Assembly (NCBI GenBank): GCA_951406725.2 | Contig: OX597820.1 | Location: 126,914,001 to 126,978,000, forward strand | Direction of reading: 5' to 3' | Length of the DNA: 64,000 nucleotides | DNA from: Octopus vulgaris | Taxonomy: Eukaryota | Shown here: piece after piece, positions 1 through 13,306 of the stretch | Layout of the letters: every line of letters begins with the position of its first letter | Numbering within the stretch: the first letter of the stretch is position 1 | Program-made: the position numbers and the translations under genes | Notes under the pieces: generated by a model | What the model was told of the DNA's origin: nothing | Databases searched by the model: none | The model's input: the letters and a program-made list of their open reading frames with translations, nothing else

Positions 1-440
1 AAAGAGTAAAAGAGTATCCAGGGAGAGGTCATTATCATTTAATAGACAGAGTATTTGAATATGTGCTGCTAATAGTTCCACACAGCTTTATATTGCATGC
101 CTTATGTGTCCAAGCAATCCTTCAAGATCGAATGCCCAACATGCCTGGTCTTATTTGAAAAACCAAGAAAGGATGCTGGTATTTAAGCCTGAAAGATTGT
201 TTGGGGATATATGGCATGATATGACGAGGGTTACAATGATGTGGGTTCCTGCTCATGAAATTAATGAGCACCCTTCATGCAGTTCTCAGGAGGATTCAGC
301 ATGATACAGAAGGTGATAAGGCTAGGCCTTTGAAATACAAGTGCTACTCATTTTTGCCAGCTGAGTGGACTGTGGCAATGTGAAATAATGTGCCTTGCTC
401 AAGGACACGATGTGCCAGCAGGAATCAAAATTATGACCTT
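1..440 (-). mobile_element. Diverged tRNA-derived SINE (family B-like, TCCTTGAGCAAGGCAC central domain)
   Basis: Plus-strand gtgaaataatgtgccttgctcaaggacac (~380-410) is the reverse complement of the central domain in better copies at 13307 and 61088. Confidence 0.55.
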
Positions 441-1039
441 AGATGCATCTATTTATATACGGAAAAACAAAACACAAACCTTGTATTGAAGTAGACAGAA
501 ACATGTAGTGTAGTGGATCACCAATGTTTGACAATGGGGATTCAGTTTCCATCAGCCAAATTCACTCACAAGCTGTTGGTTGGTCCCAGGTTATGGTAGA
601 AGACACCTGACCAAGGTACCATACAATGGGACTAAACCTGAAATCAGGTGATGATGAAGCAAAAACTTCTTAACCAAACAACCAAGAATGTCACCTCTGT
701 TGAGTGTGGAAACAGAAGATAACATGTTTGAGTCTGTCTCTGGCATCTTCAAAGCAAAAAAGTAATGACGTATCTATGGAGTTTTCTTGCCTTCTCTTTC
801 GATTGTTACTCGTCCAACCCATGCTAGCCTGGAAAGCGGACACTAAACGATGATGATGATGATGATGATAACTTTTTTAAAAATGCATATTCTTGTCTAA
901 AGAAGTTTTCCAGATATATTTTAGTTGATAGATTCCAATTACGTCAAGAAAAATTATAAAAAGCAGTTTTCTTTGAAGAGTTTTTGATAATTCCCTGCCA
1001 CTCCTGATTTTATTTCTGACTTTACATTCTGGATGCATT

Positions 1040-1265
1040 TGTCTTAGTGGTTAGGGTGTTGGACTTATAAACAGAAGATTATGGTTTCAATTCCCGGCCC
1101 GAGCAATGCATTGTGTTCTTGAGCAAAACACTTCATTTCCCATTGCTTCTGTCCACTCACCTGCTGAAAGTGAGTCATCCTGCAACAGACTGGCGTCCCA
1201 TCCAGGTGGGGAATAAATACACCAGAGAAACGGAGAGACCAGCTCTTTGTAATGTGGACTAACCA
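1040..1265 (+). mobile_element. tRNA-derived SINE (family B variant)
   Basis: A-box-like cttagtggttagg, B-box-like ggtttcaattccc, then tgttcttgagcaaaacacttcatttc; related copies at 20570-20810 (-) and 43357-43478 (+). Confidence 0.7.
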
Positions 1266-1565
1266 TAACATACTTTAAATACATGTCTTTTTTTATTGAA
1301 ATTTTCCAGTGATTCATTTTAGATTGTATAGATTATGATCAAAACCTTTTTTTTAAAAATTGTATCATGATACTCACATTCTACATTCACAAAAAAATAT
1401 ATCTAGAAAAATTCATTAAAAAATATGCATATTTAAGAAATTTGGGGAAAAAGGCAAAGTCGTGGCAGTTGACACACTTCTATACATCATTATACTTAAA
1501 CATAATTATGTTATCCATATTGTCTGCTATTATCATTTTTTGTTCTTTAATATTTCTCTTATCTA

Positions 1566-1781
1566 AGGCAATAAGTTGGCAGAAACATTAGCACGCCAGG
1601 CAAAATGCTTAGCGGTATTTTGTCTGTCTTTATGCTCTGAGTTTAAATTCCGCCAAGGTCGACTTTGCCTTTCATCCTTTTAGGGTCGATAAATTATTTA
1701 CCAGTTGTGTACTGGGGTTGATCTAATAGACTGGCCCCCACCCCAAAAGTTTTGGGCCATGTACCTAGAGTAGAAAAGAAT
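1566..1781 (+). mobile_element. tRNA-derived SINE family A
   Basis: ggca..tggcagaaacattagcacgcc head, gagtttaaattcc B box, core gactttgcctttcatcct..ggtcgataaatt..taccag repeated many times in the window. Confidence 0.85.
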
Positions 1782-3278
1782 ATTTCTTCTATTTTTAAGG
1801 CAGGGAAATTGGTCCAAAATTAAAAAATATATATTTATTTCTATGTTGTTGACATCAGAGGAATTTATAAACTCTTTGGATAGAAAAAGCTTTATCTACT
1901 TCAAGTTTCATCCCTACATAAAAAATAATAATAATAAAAAGAATTATTTCACGTTCTCTCGCTGTTTCTAAATACTTCCGATGTTAACAACATACAACTC
2001 TCACTGGTAAGAGTAAAGTTTCTAAGTGAATACAGAAATTCGAAGAACCACTTTGTCCAATGGTAGAATGCCGGTCATGTTATTAAAAGATGTGTGTTCG
2101 TATCCTACAAGTAGCCTTCAACCCTTCATCATTCCAGAAAAGATTTACTTCTATCTCACACTTTTAAAAGCTTGAAGCTGGAGTGAAAATTAAAATTACA
2201 TAAGTGTAAAATTATACATTACTACAGTTCAACAGAAGTATATGCTACTGACTTTGATTCTCCAAGAATTTTTTTTTTTTTTTAATTTTATGATGAAAAT
2301 TGTAACCTACACTCTTAAAAACATCTCTCTGAAAAATTTCATTCAAAAATACGCATTTTTAAGAAAGTTATGAGAAAACAAAGGCATCTGCATGGAGTGG
2401 GGATACTCCTGCGATTATGCCAGAGAATAACTCTGAAATTTTACATTACACCAGTCTATCCTCTCTTTTTGTGTTTCTGTTAAGACAGTAGCATCTAATT
2501 TGAGGATGATTTTGACTGTTATTTTGAGCAACCACTTTGGCTTGTGATGCACGTAATGTTGTTGAAATTCTACAAAATATAATTCTCTTTCTCTTGGAAA
2601 ATGGTTTCATCAACCTGTTATTTTATTTATTTATTTTTTAAGTTGCTGGTGTTGTTTATTTTTTTTTATTTTCTTCTAATTGAGACAAATGTTGCATTTG
2701 AAAATGATTATTGACAGGTGGTCGGAAAAAAGAGCTCGGAGAATTCCTTACTATTTGTCTGTGATAGTTTTTAATTGTTGTTTGGGAGCAAAAAGTGATG
2801 TTTGAAGAGTTGGTATTGTGGCTGTTTTGCATTTTGCTGTGGACCAAAATAAAAAGAAAATAGAAAAAAAAAACTTGAAATGGAATGATTTTCTAAAACT
2901 GAATAAATAAATAAATAAATCGATGCTAAACAACTCAACAAGGAGAAATATAAAAATTTAATTGAGTAAAATAGTAAACATCCAACATTAACTATGAAAC
3001 AAGTAGAGAAATTAAAATACTATACAAAATAATTTATTTTTGCAATGACCATGCTAATTAACACATTTCAATAATAACTTTAAATAACCTATATTTTTAA
3101 CATTAAACACCTTCCCAAAAATCATCCATCGAATTGTAAGATATTATGATCTAAAGAGGATATATCCCTATGCAGTTCGCTTGACTTGCAAAAAATAATA
3201 GCTAAGTCGCCCTCATTTTATATTCTAACAGCTAGGAGGGAGAGAAAAATGAAAAATGAAAAGAAAAATATAACGTAA

Positions 3279-3671
3279 TCTTTATATATAAAAGTGAAGT
3301 TGTGTGTCTGTCTCCTACGATTTAGATTCCTAACTACTCCCACATTTTGCGGTGCAGTTTAACCAAAAGCGGGTATCTTATAGTCGTGATTCATATCGAG
3401 CCCTTCTGGGTATTAGCGCGCGTCTACGATGAGTCTACGATTTTAAAAAAAATTTACCATCATCTTTCCCCATTTTCAATGCACTTTTTTGCTATTATAT
3501 AAGGGAAGTAACTCTAAAAATGTATTATTAAATCTCAGAACGTAAAAAGCTACAGTAACACCCCACTTTGTGGTTAGCCATATTGAGATGGCTATTATAC
3601 TTTACATCTCTAAAAATGCTTATATAGTTATTTCCCTTACAAACCCGAGCAACGCCGGGCGATACTGCTAG
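3279..3671 (+). mobile_element. Non-autonomous Helitron (393 bp)
   Basis: Inserted between A and T; 5' TC (3279), 3' CTAG (3668-3671) preceded by hairpin cccgagcaacgccggg; no TSD; termini shared with element at 42235-42625. Confidence 0.88.
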
Positions 3672-5339
3672 TCATACATAAAATAAGACATGAAGAACAT
3701 TACCAGAACACCTTTGGTCATATATGTATTACATGGAAAAATGCGAGCAAGCGAAATAATATTCTTAAGATTATAAACCTGGAAAATTACAGGACAAGTT
3801 ATTGCACTTGGGAAAGTCCAGAACAACTTATTACATCTGGTAAAGTACAGAACAAGAACACTTTTACTTAAAATATTGCAGCTAAGGATAAAATTTCAAA
3901 TAGAATATTTAGATTTAGAAATACTTTATATATTAAAAGTCCCCTTATAGAATTATATTCATAAAAATGTATAAAACTATATTATCACCCTCAATTTCAT
4001 TGTATGAGATCGATACCATGAAGTTCCTCAAATTGAGCTTTATCATTTGTGTTTAATTAAAATATAGTTTGTTTTAAAATATAAAAGTTGATTATACTTA
4101 AATTTTTTATGTCAAAATGTAGATAGGGACAAGTCCTCTTCAAAAATGTTAACAGTTTTCAATTTGGTTAAGAACTGAATTAGCAACAAGCTCTGAAAGA
4201 TGCTGCGTGTGAGTAAATTGCAGCCTTAAGAATATTATTCAACTACAACCGTAGTTGAATGATACTGGATACATAGAAATATAAAGCGAACAAGGATCTT
4301 CTCTATAGACCATGACCTTCAGTAAGCAGAGGAAGCCTCTACATAGTCGCTCGTGTGACTAGAAATAGCAGCCAAATCGTCTTCAAGTCACACCCTGCCT
4401 TATCGAAAAGAACCCGTTAAATAATGTAGTCGTGGGTTATCTGCACTTAAAAAAGAAAGGGAAAACAGTCATGGCTGGAATGTCATTGATCATCGGTGGT
4501 GTGCTCTTCTCGGGCTTTCCTGAGGCTAAACACTACTACCTACAACAACCCAAATGTCTAAATAAAAAGGAAAACGCATTTGATGATGTGTTAGTAAATA
4601 CACTATATCTGAAACTAAGACTGGAGGATCTCAGCTGAAATCCTTTTGATCTTACGTCAACTGGAGCAGAGGGGAACAAGAACGAAACAAGAGTAATATC
4701 AATAAAAAAAAAACAGAAATAAAAACGAAGTCTCTAAGGCAGTCACCACCAACAAGACGAACAGAAATTCTTCTAGAACAGTAATTACCAGCTGTTTCAC
4801 TGCCAAGGGCTCCTTTAATTAAAAGGAATATTCCTTCAGATCTCAGATTTTTGAGAGGTCTGTCTATTTAAACCAAAATTACCAGTGGTTAAGCGGCATC
4901 AATGATGGTGTACCTGAGCACTATATATAATAAGCTCATTATCATTATGATTATTTCTATTATTTTTAAAGAGGTGAGCCGGCAGAATCGTTAACACTCA
5001 GGCAATAGTTTTGACTCTCTTTTGAAAAGGTTGCAAAAAGCAACGAAAATTTTAGGAAAATAAAAATAAGAAAAAAGTAGAATTTTTACCCGTGAGTGTG
5101 TTACATTATAAGGCACAAAAAGAAAATGACTCTCCCCAGACACAACAGAATATGCTTCAACACACGAACTCATATAAAGAATCTTGCAAACCAAATCCAA
5201 AAACGTCATATATTTTTCATGTACCGAAAAACATTACGAAATAGAAAATTGCGAAATTACTAAATAAACAGAAATTACAAAGAACGATCTCCATTTGCTT
5301 GGCGATTTACATCTTCTTTTACTCAGAAACTCATTAGCA

Positions 5340-7076
5340 ATTTATTCAATAACAGTTATGTCATCATCCTCTGGAATATCATTGTTTTGAAAATCACCGG
5401 ATTCCAAAATTCCTGCGGAGTTTTCGTGTTACTCCATTTCCTGCATAACTTTCGTCCCCTATCTCTCATGTTGAGCAATAGAGGTCTCATTGAATGAGAA
5501 GTTCTTGTACAGATAGCTTGCTCGTAGTGCATTGGCAACACAGCTGTCTGTGATTTTGTTCCCTGAATTCGTCACCCAAGTCTCGATCTCTTGCAGGCTG
5601 GGTTTCACAAAATTTCCACGCTAATTTCTCACCATTCTGTTTTCAATGTAGTCATTGATTTCCATGCGTAAATGGTCCTTGAATGGTTTATTTATTGCAA
5701 TGTCAAGAGTCTGGAGATGGGAAGTCATTCCTGCGGGAATCATGATTTGATCTTTTCTTCTTTCTGCAAGGAAGTTCTTCATGTATTTTGTGTGGTGCAT
5801 GCTAGCTGAATCCTAGACTATCAGACCTTTTTTGCCTTCTCGAAAAATAAGTATCAGCAGGAAATCGATCCACTTCCTTAAAACTGCCTGTGTGCATCAT
5901 GCCTTTTCAGTTTCCAGAACACAAATGCCTGAAACGCGTTCAATTTTATCCTTCCTGCTTTTAGTGATGATTAGAGGTGTGGCTTTACTTCCATCAATAC
6001 AAATTGCCAAAATACATGTAACCTATACACTTTCATAAGTGCACAAGAGGGAATGTAGATTGACAACGCACCCCTTTGATCAATTGTCGATTGAGATCCT
6101 TGGCCCATGAACATTGCAGTGACATCTGTAGCAATCATGTTGGAGAGACGGAATTTAGAAAAGTCTATCCCATCAACAAAGGACTTAAATACAAGTGCAC
6201 GGTTAATAATCTCCGTATCTTCCAGTTTGAACAGTATTGTCAGCCTTCTCAGAGAAAGGTCATGTCGCTGGAGGAAACCATCCAACCAGTGTTGGCGATG
6301 CTTTGAATTCTTATGGAAATATACCAAACTGTGGTGCATTTGCAAGGGCAAATGCTTGAATATCAGTCTTGTGAACAACCAAAGCCTTTGCTCTCCTGTC
6401 AGCAACCCATTCACAGATGACGTCTTCCAGCTCAGAAAATAGTGGTTGCCGACCCAATCCACACTCGCATTTCTTTGCATTTCCCTTCTCCACTTGTTGA
6501 CTGAGTTTATCATAGTCGGCTCGCCATTTTCGAACCATTCGGAGATCCAATTTCTTTTCTTTGCAGAAAGCAATAAGATTCTTTCCCAGTGATTCCTCTA
6601 CCATTCCTTCCTTGTACTCAATGGAATAACTCTTTCTTCTTGCATTCATCTTGTCTTGGGGGTGGGGGAATGACTTGACAAAGGATTTGCCATTCAATTT
6701 CATCATGTTCTTTTCTGGGAGATTTTTGCCTTGAAAGAAAATGTGTACTTTATTGTTTTTTTGCATCTACTGACCAGTACTGACCACTGATGAAACTGTT
6801 ACACGACACATTTGAAAGCTCCGATCATGGGCTGTTGATTAATGTATAGATTGTTAATATTTGAGTTACGAAAGAGATGCCGGGATAGATTTTGTGAAGT
6901 CGTTATTTTAGCCGCCAAAATGTGGTTTGAATCAATATGAAGAAGCTGCCTATTTCTTTCATCTATCAGTCACTCTCAAGTAGGATTTATTTTAAGGGAA
7001 GGGCTTACATTGAAATCATCCTGAAAAATCATGCTAGGTCTTATTTTCTGGATAGGTCCTATTTTCGGGGAAACAC

Positions 7077-7078
<2 letters not shown>
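5340..7078 (-). mobile_element. Decayed pogo/Tigger-family DNA transposon (HTH + CENP-B-type HTH + DDE transposase pseudogene)
   Basis: Minus-strand translation: RKSYSIEYK..RMVRKWR, ELEDVICEWVADRRAK, WLDGFLQRHDLSLRR, IPAGMTSHLQTLDIAINKPFKDHLR, with frameshifts; terminal repeat CCGTGTTTCCCCGAAAATAGGACC ends at 7078 next to TA; other TIR not found. Confidence 0.88.

Positions 7079-7163
<85 letters not shown>
7079..7163. repeat. (TA)n microsatellite
   Basis: Direct read; begins exactly at the TA target dinucleotide of the pogo TIR. Confidence 0.95.
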
Positions 7164-7167
<4 letters not shown>

Positions 7168-8439
7168 CATCCATTTCCAAGTAAGTTTTTGATGCGGCTC
7201 TACTCTGTACTGTTTACTCCCCTATCGTTTTTTCTCTCATCCTTTTCTCTAATTCTTTTTCTCTCCTCTTTCTCCCTCTCGTTGCTCACACGTGACCAGC
7301 GTCCATCCTTCTTTTCCTCATGTGATCATCTTTCGTTTCTTTCAGGACTGGACGTATCCTATCTCTCTCTTCTATCTTTTCTCTTGTCAAAGAAAATATA
7401 TCTCCAGCGTTCGTTATTTTACCCTCGTTCTGGTCCAACGACTCTCCGTGTTTGTTTTCGTTCGATTTCTTGTTTGTTTTCGTTCGATTTCCTTGTATGT
7501 CTCCACTGTCCTGTTTCTGTTCCCGACTTTGACCCTCCATAAGTCCCAAATTTTATTTTGGTACTTATGGGACCTTGAGAACTATCTTCACTCAAGCGGT
7601 GGTCCTTAGATTAGAGTAGGAAACATTTAGTTCCAAAGGAGTAGGTAACTAGGTTTTGTTTTTCGGCCGGTTTTTGGGGAGATTTTTTTTTTGCTTTGTT
7701 TTCTGTATAGACATTCCTAGATATAACTAACTTAGAATCTGCTCAGCCCATTCGTGTATGACTGCTAATGAATCGCATAACTGCTACTCTCGATGGACGG
7801 TAGGTACAACTCGTTTCAGGAAGTAGCGGTTGATTCGTTGTAAGTCAGCCTGTACGGAGCACGGTTGGTCACTTATCACGAAAATGTGATAATTAGAGTT
7901 ATTTAAGTAAGGAAACCGCAAAAGGAGGATAAGTTTCTTGATACGATTCAGGTTTCTACATTCATTTGTATAACATTGCAACATATATTGTACTTAATAT
8001 ATCTCTGATTTGATCATATCAAGTGGATACAAATTGTTGGACAAGACTTCAGAATGTTTGATTTACTATTAGTTATCACAAAAGTAGAGTTACAACTGGA
8101 TACAAACTGTAGTTAAGCTGGACAAGACTAGAAAATAAGAATTTGATTTGCACCTCAAGTTATTACAAAAATAGAATCAAGTCAGATGTGATGTCGGTTT
8201 TATGAACTTTTAAGTATTAAACACCCTCTGTAATATGCAGTTAGTGTCATAACATAGTTCCAAGTCGTCTGGCCTGTGTTACGTAACCGTAGAGACTCTT
8301 AGCCAGGCTCTTTCTGGAAAACCAGAAACCAACATCTTTATATTTTTTAATGAAAATAAAAGTATAAAGTGATTTTAGTAATGTTTTATAAATTGTTTGT
8401 GTGTGTGTGTAGATGTATCTGTATAAGTGTATGAGCGTG

Positions 8440-9504
8440 TGAGCGCCCCTGTGTGCGCTTGACCTGAAGAATACATCGAGCCATGTTTCCCATGTTGCAC
8501 GAAACGACTCGCAGACTGGAGAGAGACCGGAAAAAAAGTTGGATTCGAAGGCGCTATATTAGAGGATTTGGTACATGCTGTAGAACTTCCAAACCAAGCT
8601 CTTAAATAGCAATTTTGGTCAAATTAGCAACGTAGGGGTCGAGCATTGTCGTGTTGAAGAAGCACGCTGTGTCGCCGGCCGAGTTGTTTCAAGTGGATTA
8701 CCTCAATGAACTGGGGAATTTATGGAACGTAAAGCCCTGATTTGACGGTGATTCTTTTCAAGCATTTCGTAGTGGATCAGCCCTTCGCAGTCCCACCAGA
8801 CGCATTTCCTTGTCTTGCAAAGATGCTGCTGAGGATTGTCACGTCTCAGCTATTTTTGCCTCTGCTTCATATTAGCGTAAAGAAACCATTTTTCATCGCC
8901 AGTCACGATACAGTAAAGAAGTCTGTTTCCAAGTAGCTTAGTGTTCAGCGAGCAAACTGGAGGCGATAGATGGGTCCTGGAATTTGTTTTCTTCGTTCCG
9001 AACGTATGGTACCCATACACTGAACTTTTGGACCTTACCGATCGAGTGAAGGTAACACGCGACGTTATCCCGAGGGCATCTCCTGAGCCAAAAATCCTAA
9101 TGGAATGGCGCAGCTCTTCGTGGATGGTGAGCTCGTTCAAGAGATCCTCGTCGAACTGCCGGAGCGGAGTCTCTGGAGTCGAATGTCCCCTCCTTCGAGC
9201 GTGAAGGTTTCTGTATAGTTCATTCAGTGATAGCGCTTCCTCTATTCGCAGCACAAATGCCTAAAGCGGCTTGGGCAGATTTAGAACCTTGATTTAAAAG
9301 CAAAGAAGAACAGATGTCGAAAATGCTCATATTTTTTCTTTACTTGGCACGCCATCGTCATGTCTGAAAAGATGTAAAATTTATTCATATTTCAAACACG
9401 ATAAACAGTTGTAGAGGAAGAAAAAAGAAAAACACGATAAAAATATTTTTCGTGTTAATTCAAATAACATTTTTTAAAAAGCGAATGAATTTATGACAAC
9501 CTGA
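8440..9504 (-). mobile_element. Decayed mariner transposon
   Basis: IVTGDEKWFLYAN (first catalytic D), HDNARP-like motif near 8640-8660, 5' TIR TA|TCAGGTTGTCATAAATTCATTCG ending at 9504. Confidence 0.85.
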
Positions 9505-9519
9505 TACACATGCACATGT

Positions 9520-9557
<38 letters not shown>

Positions 9558-9674
9558 AAGTGATTTTGGTTTGTGGACTTTAACCCTTTTGGAGCACTAT
9601 TTTCAAGAGTAGTAGACCATGATATTCCCTCTATTATTTATTCCAGTTTGTTACCTATTTCATTCATCTCTTTG

Positions 9675-9924
9675 ACAGATTTAGAACCTTGATTGAATGC
9701 GAAGAGAAGCAGATGTCGAAAACGCTAATTTTTCTTTGCTTGGCACTCCCTCGTCCTGTATCTGAAAAGAGGTAAAATTTATTCATGTTTCAAAAACGAT
9801 CAACAAAAGTCGTTCAGGAAGAAAATAGCCAAAGAAAAAAAAAACCATAAAACATTCGATAAAAATATTTTCAGGTTAATTCAAATAACCTTGAAAAGAA
9901 ACGAACGAATTCATGACAACCCGA
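9675..9924 (-). mobile_element. Second 5'-end fragment of the same mariner family
   Basis: Diverged direct copy of 9277-9504 (cagatttagaaccttgatt ... catgacaacccga). Confidence 0.75.
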
Positions 9925-10729
9925 TTTATATGTAACGGCAAAAATTTATTGCAACGGCATGTTGTAAGATGAACAGTGATCGAAGTTGTAATGAAATATT
10001 TATTTACCGTTACTTCGTATATATCCAAAACCACGACGGCTTGGTATGTATAATTAGCAAATGGAACAGCATGCGAGGTAAAAAGAGTTAATTTCGGCCG
10101 GTAATGTGTGTACACGATCTTATAGTATGGTAATGTTACAGAGAAAAGAAAGTGAGTTAAGGAAAGTGAGAGAGTGGAGGGAAGTTGTCTCGCATAGCCG
10201 CCGATTGTAACTTTCTTTTTCCCCTCTGGCCGTTTGGTCTCTAGTGGCTGCCTGCTTGTCCTTTCACACTCACTGATGGTCGCTCTCACTAACTGACTTT
10301 AGCTTACGGAGTTCTTGTTTTTATAACTATCCAAAACCAGCCAGAAGGATAGACATATTGTTGAGAACAATAGATTTCGTTGGAGGTATTTTATCTTAGC
10401 TTTTGGTGGCCTAGAAGAAGTTAGAAGGGTCGAGTGGCGAAGACATTATTCTGGCTTAGCGAATGCATCTGGTAAATGTAAGTACTATCACTAACAGAAA
10501 AACTAGTTTTACCGTGAGAAAAGTGCTGTTGAAAAGTTAAGTGAAATTTGGCGATCGAAGGTTGAATCCACGCAATGCCTGCATGAAGTTCACTACATAC
10601 ACACACACATACATGCATACATGTTATTTTCATTAACAATTTAACTTTTAAGTTAACTTTGGGAATCATTATCGGACTAATTAACAATAAATACGAAAAG
10701 TATGAATGAGTACAAGTGCCAGAAGGAAA

Positions 10730-11531
10730 AACGAGACACAACCGGTAGAATGTTTAAGAGAAAGATTTTATTTATATGTTAACATGTGTGTGTATGCGTC
10801 ATAAATACATATATAATAATAATAGACAGGCCGTCATGTATATATAATGTGTGTGTGTGTGCACAAAATACAGTATGGAAAGAATCTATAATAAGACGCT
10901 AGAAGAATGTTCAGACACAATGATAAATACCAGTTCGTAGTCAAGGTACACGATAGTTGAAGTGCTGTAACAAGAAGTTGAGGCGAAGAAGCAGAGCCTG
11001 TGCGGTACGTGTTGTACGAAGTGGTGGTTACAATGCTACTGCCGGGTAACTTGGTACAGGAGTTCTCGCAGGTTGTATTTGCTGCTAACCAAAGTGAAGT
11101 AATTCACAAACAGTATTGAGATAGACCCTGTGCGAGGGTTGCTGGTTGCTGTGTATGTAGAGAGATGTTGTTGACGACGTTAAGAAGATGAAGGCGACGA
11201 AGAAAGTGACTGCTGTATGCTGTTAAACGAGTGTTGCTGCGTCTCCGTGTGACTGCTGTTGTGCTGTCGCTGGAACTGGCTGTGTCCTGTGTGGTCAGTG
11301 GTTAGACCTTAGAAGGTCTGGAACCGAAATTCGAAAGACGGTGTTGAAGCTACCGTTTTACACTGTACTATCGGCTCACCGGAAGATTGAAAGAGACTGT
11401 CTCATGTGACCTTAACATTGCAAGAGACAAACTGCAAGAGACCAACAAATCAGAGTGGTGGACAACAACAGGGTCCAAAAGGGCTGCCGAAGGCTAGCTG
11501 TTATCTACTACGTCCGTACTTATGTATATAT

Positions 11532-11534
<3 letters not shown>
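10730..11534 (-). mobile_element. Possible solo LTR
   Basis: Minus strand starts TGTTATATATAC (11534); AATAAA near the distal end; distal TG..CA terminus and TSD not found. Confidence 0.3.
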
Positions 11535-11582
<48 letters not shown>

Positions 11583-11586
<4 letters not shown>

Positions 11587-11890
11587 TCACTAAGCGTACG
11601 CTACACATTTAACTTCCGTCAACATAAGTTAACTTCCGTTAACTTCAATTCAATTGAAGTTGAAGGATTTTATAGTTTTGGCATTTTTTAAAGGTGTTTT
11701 TAAATGGTATTAGAGCAAAACCTGTTTTTTTGTTCTTTTTCTATAATAAAAATTAACGTTAACGGTTTATCGATAATTTCCGTTACATTAGGAAATAATT
11801 AACTGATTAACGGTTATCGAAGTTAATTTTTTGGTTAATGGGTTAACGGTTAACGAGGTTAATTTTTCGATTAACAGTGCCCACCTTTGC
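11583..11890 (-). mobile_element. hAT-like transposon end with subterminal GTTAAC repeats
   Basis: Terminus CAAAGGTGGGCACTGTTAATCG on minus strand; many ttaacggtt/gttaac subterminal repeats. Confidence 0.5.
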
Positions 11891-12180
11891 CAATTTTATT
11901 CGTCAGTGTTAGTGAAACCTGCGGAAGCTGGGAAAACTCAGAACTGTAATTGTCTCTTGCTTCTGTGATGGAGAGACAACAGCGAATGGCAGGCGGAGAC
12001 AGCAGTCACTTAGGGAGTGAGTAACTCTTCCTTTGGCATAAATCAAACAGTTGCAAAGTAGGAAGCAATGTGCTATTCTTTTAAACGCTTATCTTTTTGG
12101 AGAACTTATGAGTTTATCAATGGTAAAGGTCAACAATTTTCGACTAAAACAAGTCGTGCTGTACATTCAGAGATATCAAA

Positions 12181-12411
12181 GCGGCGAGCTGGCAGAATGG
12201 TTAGCACGACGGGCGAAATGCGTAGCCGTATTTCGTCTGCCGTTATGTTCTGAGTTCAAATTCCGCCGAGGTTGACTTTGCCTTTCATCCTTTCGGGGTC
12301 GATAAATTAAGTACCAGTTACGCACTAGGGTCGATATAATCGACTTAATCCGTTTGTCTGTCCTTGTTTGTCCTCTCTGTGTTTAGCCCCTTGTGGGTAG
12401 TAAAGAAATAG
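12181..12411 (+). mobile_element. Young full-length SINE family A
   Basis: Complete head, core and tail; flanking direct repeat gtacattcagagat (12161-12174) / gtatattcagagat (12412-12425). Confidence 0.9.
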
Positions 12412-12452
12412 GTATATTCAGAGATGAATTTGTTAAATCGTTGAGGTGCAGT

Positions 12453-12592
12453 CACTAGCGTAGCTAGAGGTGGGCAGAGGGGGGCGGCACCACTTTTGGG
12501 TCTGCTGTAGGCAAAATGTATTTTTTGTGGGAGCCTAGGGGTGGCAAACTGGAGGGCCACCACGGGTGGCACACACTCCAGCTACGCTAGTG
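12453..12592. mobile_element. hAT-type MITE (140 bp)
   Basis: TIR CACTAGCGTAGCT..AGCTACGCTAGTG; 8-bp TSD ggtgcagt / tgtgcagt (1 mismatch). Confidence 0.85.
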
Positions 12593-13306
12593 TGTGCAGT
12601 GCTGCAATTCGGACATGTTTTTATTTTCTTCCCTATCCATTCTATTTCTGTATGCGTCGTTGTGAACCATACGGAACGTTGTGGTGCAGTGGTTAACTCA
12701 CTGAGCGACACGATACACAGAAACACAAAGCAATACCATTCTAAGAGAATGATGCCATTCCAGTTTATCATTAATAAAGGTCAGCAAAGTTAGCTGGAAA
12801 TAAGTCAGATGGCTTAAACTGTTATTTATTCATCGCCTCTGATTTATTAATCGTTTCTGATGCTTATCAAAGTAACAATCAATATTCATTATCAGCAATG
12901 CTTCTTTATCTCTGCTCTGTGTGAAACATTCAACAAGGTGTGTCTGGGGAACCATATTTTACACGTATCGGCTTTTTTTTTTTTGTGGAATTTGTTTAAC
13001 CATGTATCATGTTCTTCTTATTGTCGTTGTCGTCGTTGGTGTTGTTAAGGTGGTGCAGCTTAGAAAGTGGCCTTTCCTGTTGATATTAGCGGAGAAGCAA
13101 AGTGACATCTGGCGAACGTTAAAGAAACTAATTCGTCGTTGTTAACACGGTTATAGCTTCAGTAAGTGGCCTTCTCCGTTGATGTTTAGTAGAGAACCAA
13201 ACTACCGCGGAATCGAAGTTCAAGTAGAGAAGTTGCTTCCCTGGAGAAAACCAAGTCATCATTTCTATTCATTTGTTTATTCTACTTATTTCTTACCTGG
13301 TTATGT

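Noticed and set aside
4785-4845. Minus-strand GAAACAGCTGGTA with upstream CTGAAGG
   Set aside because: Core mismatch and no stem II; at best a highly decayed motif.
8460-8515. CTGAAGA ... GAAAC hammerhead-like pair
   Set aside because: Stems I and II do not pair, there is no GTH site, and it lies antisense within mariner coding sequence.
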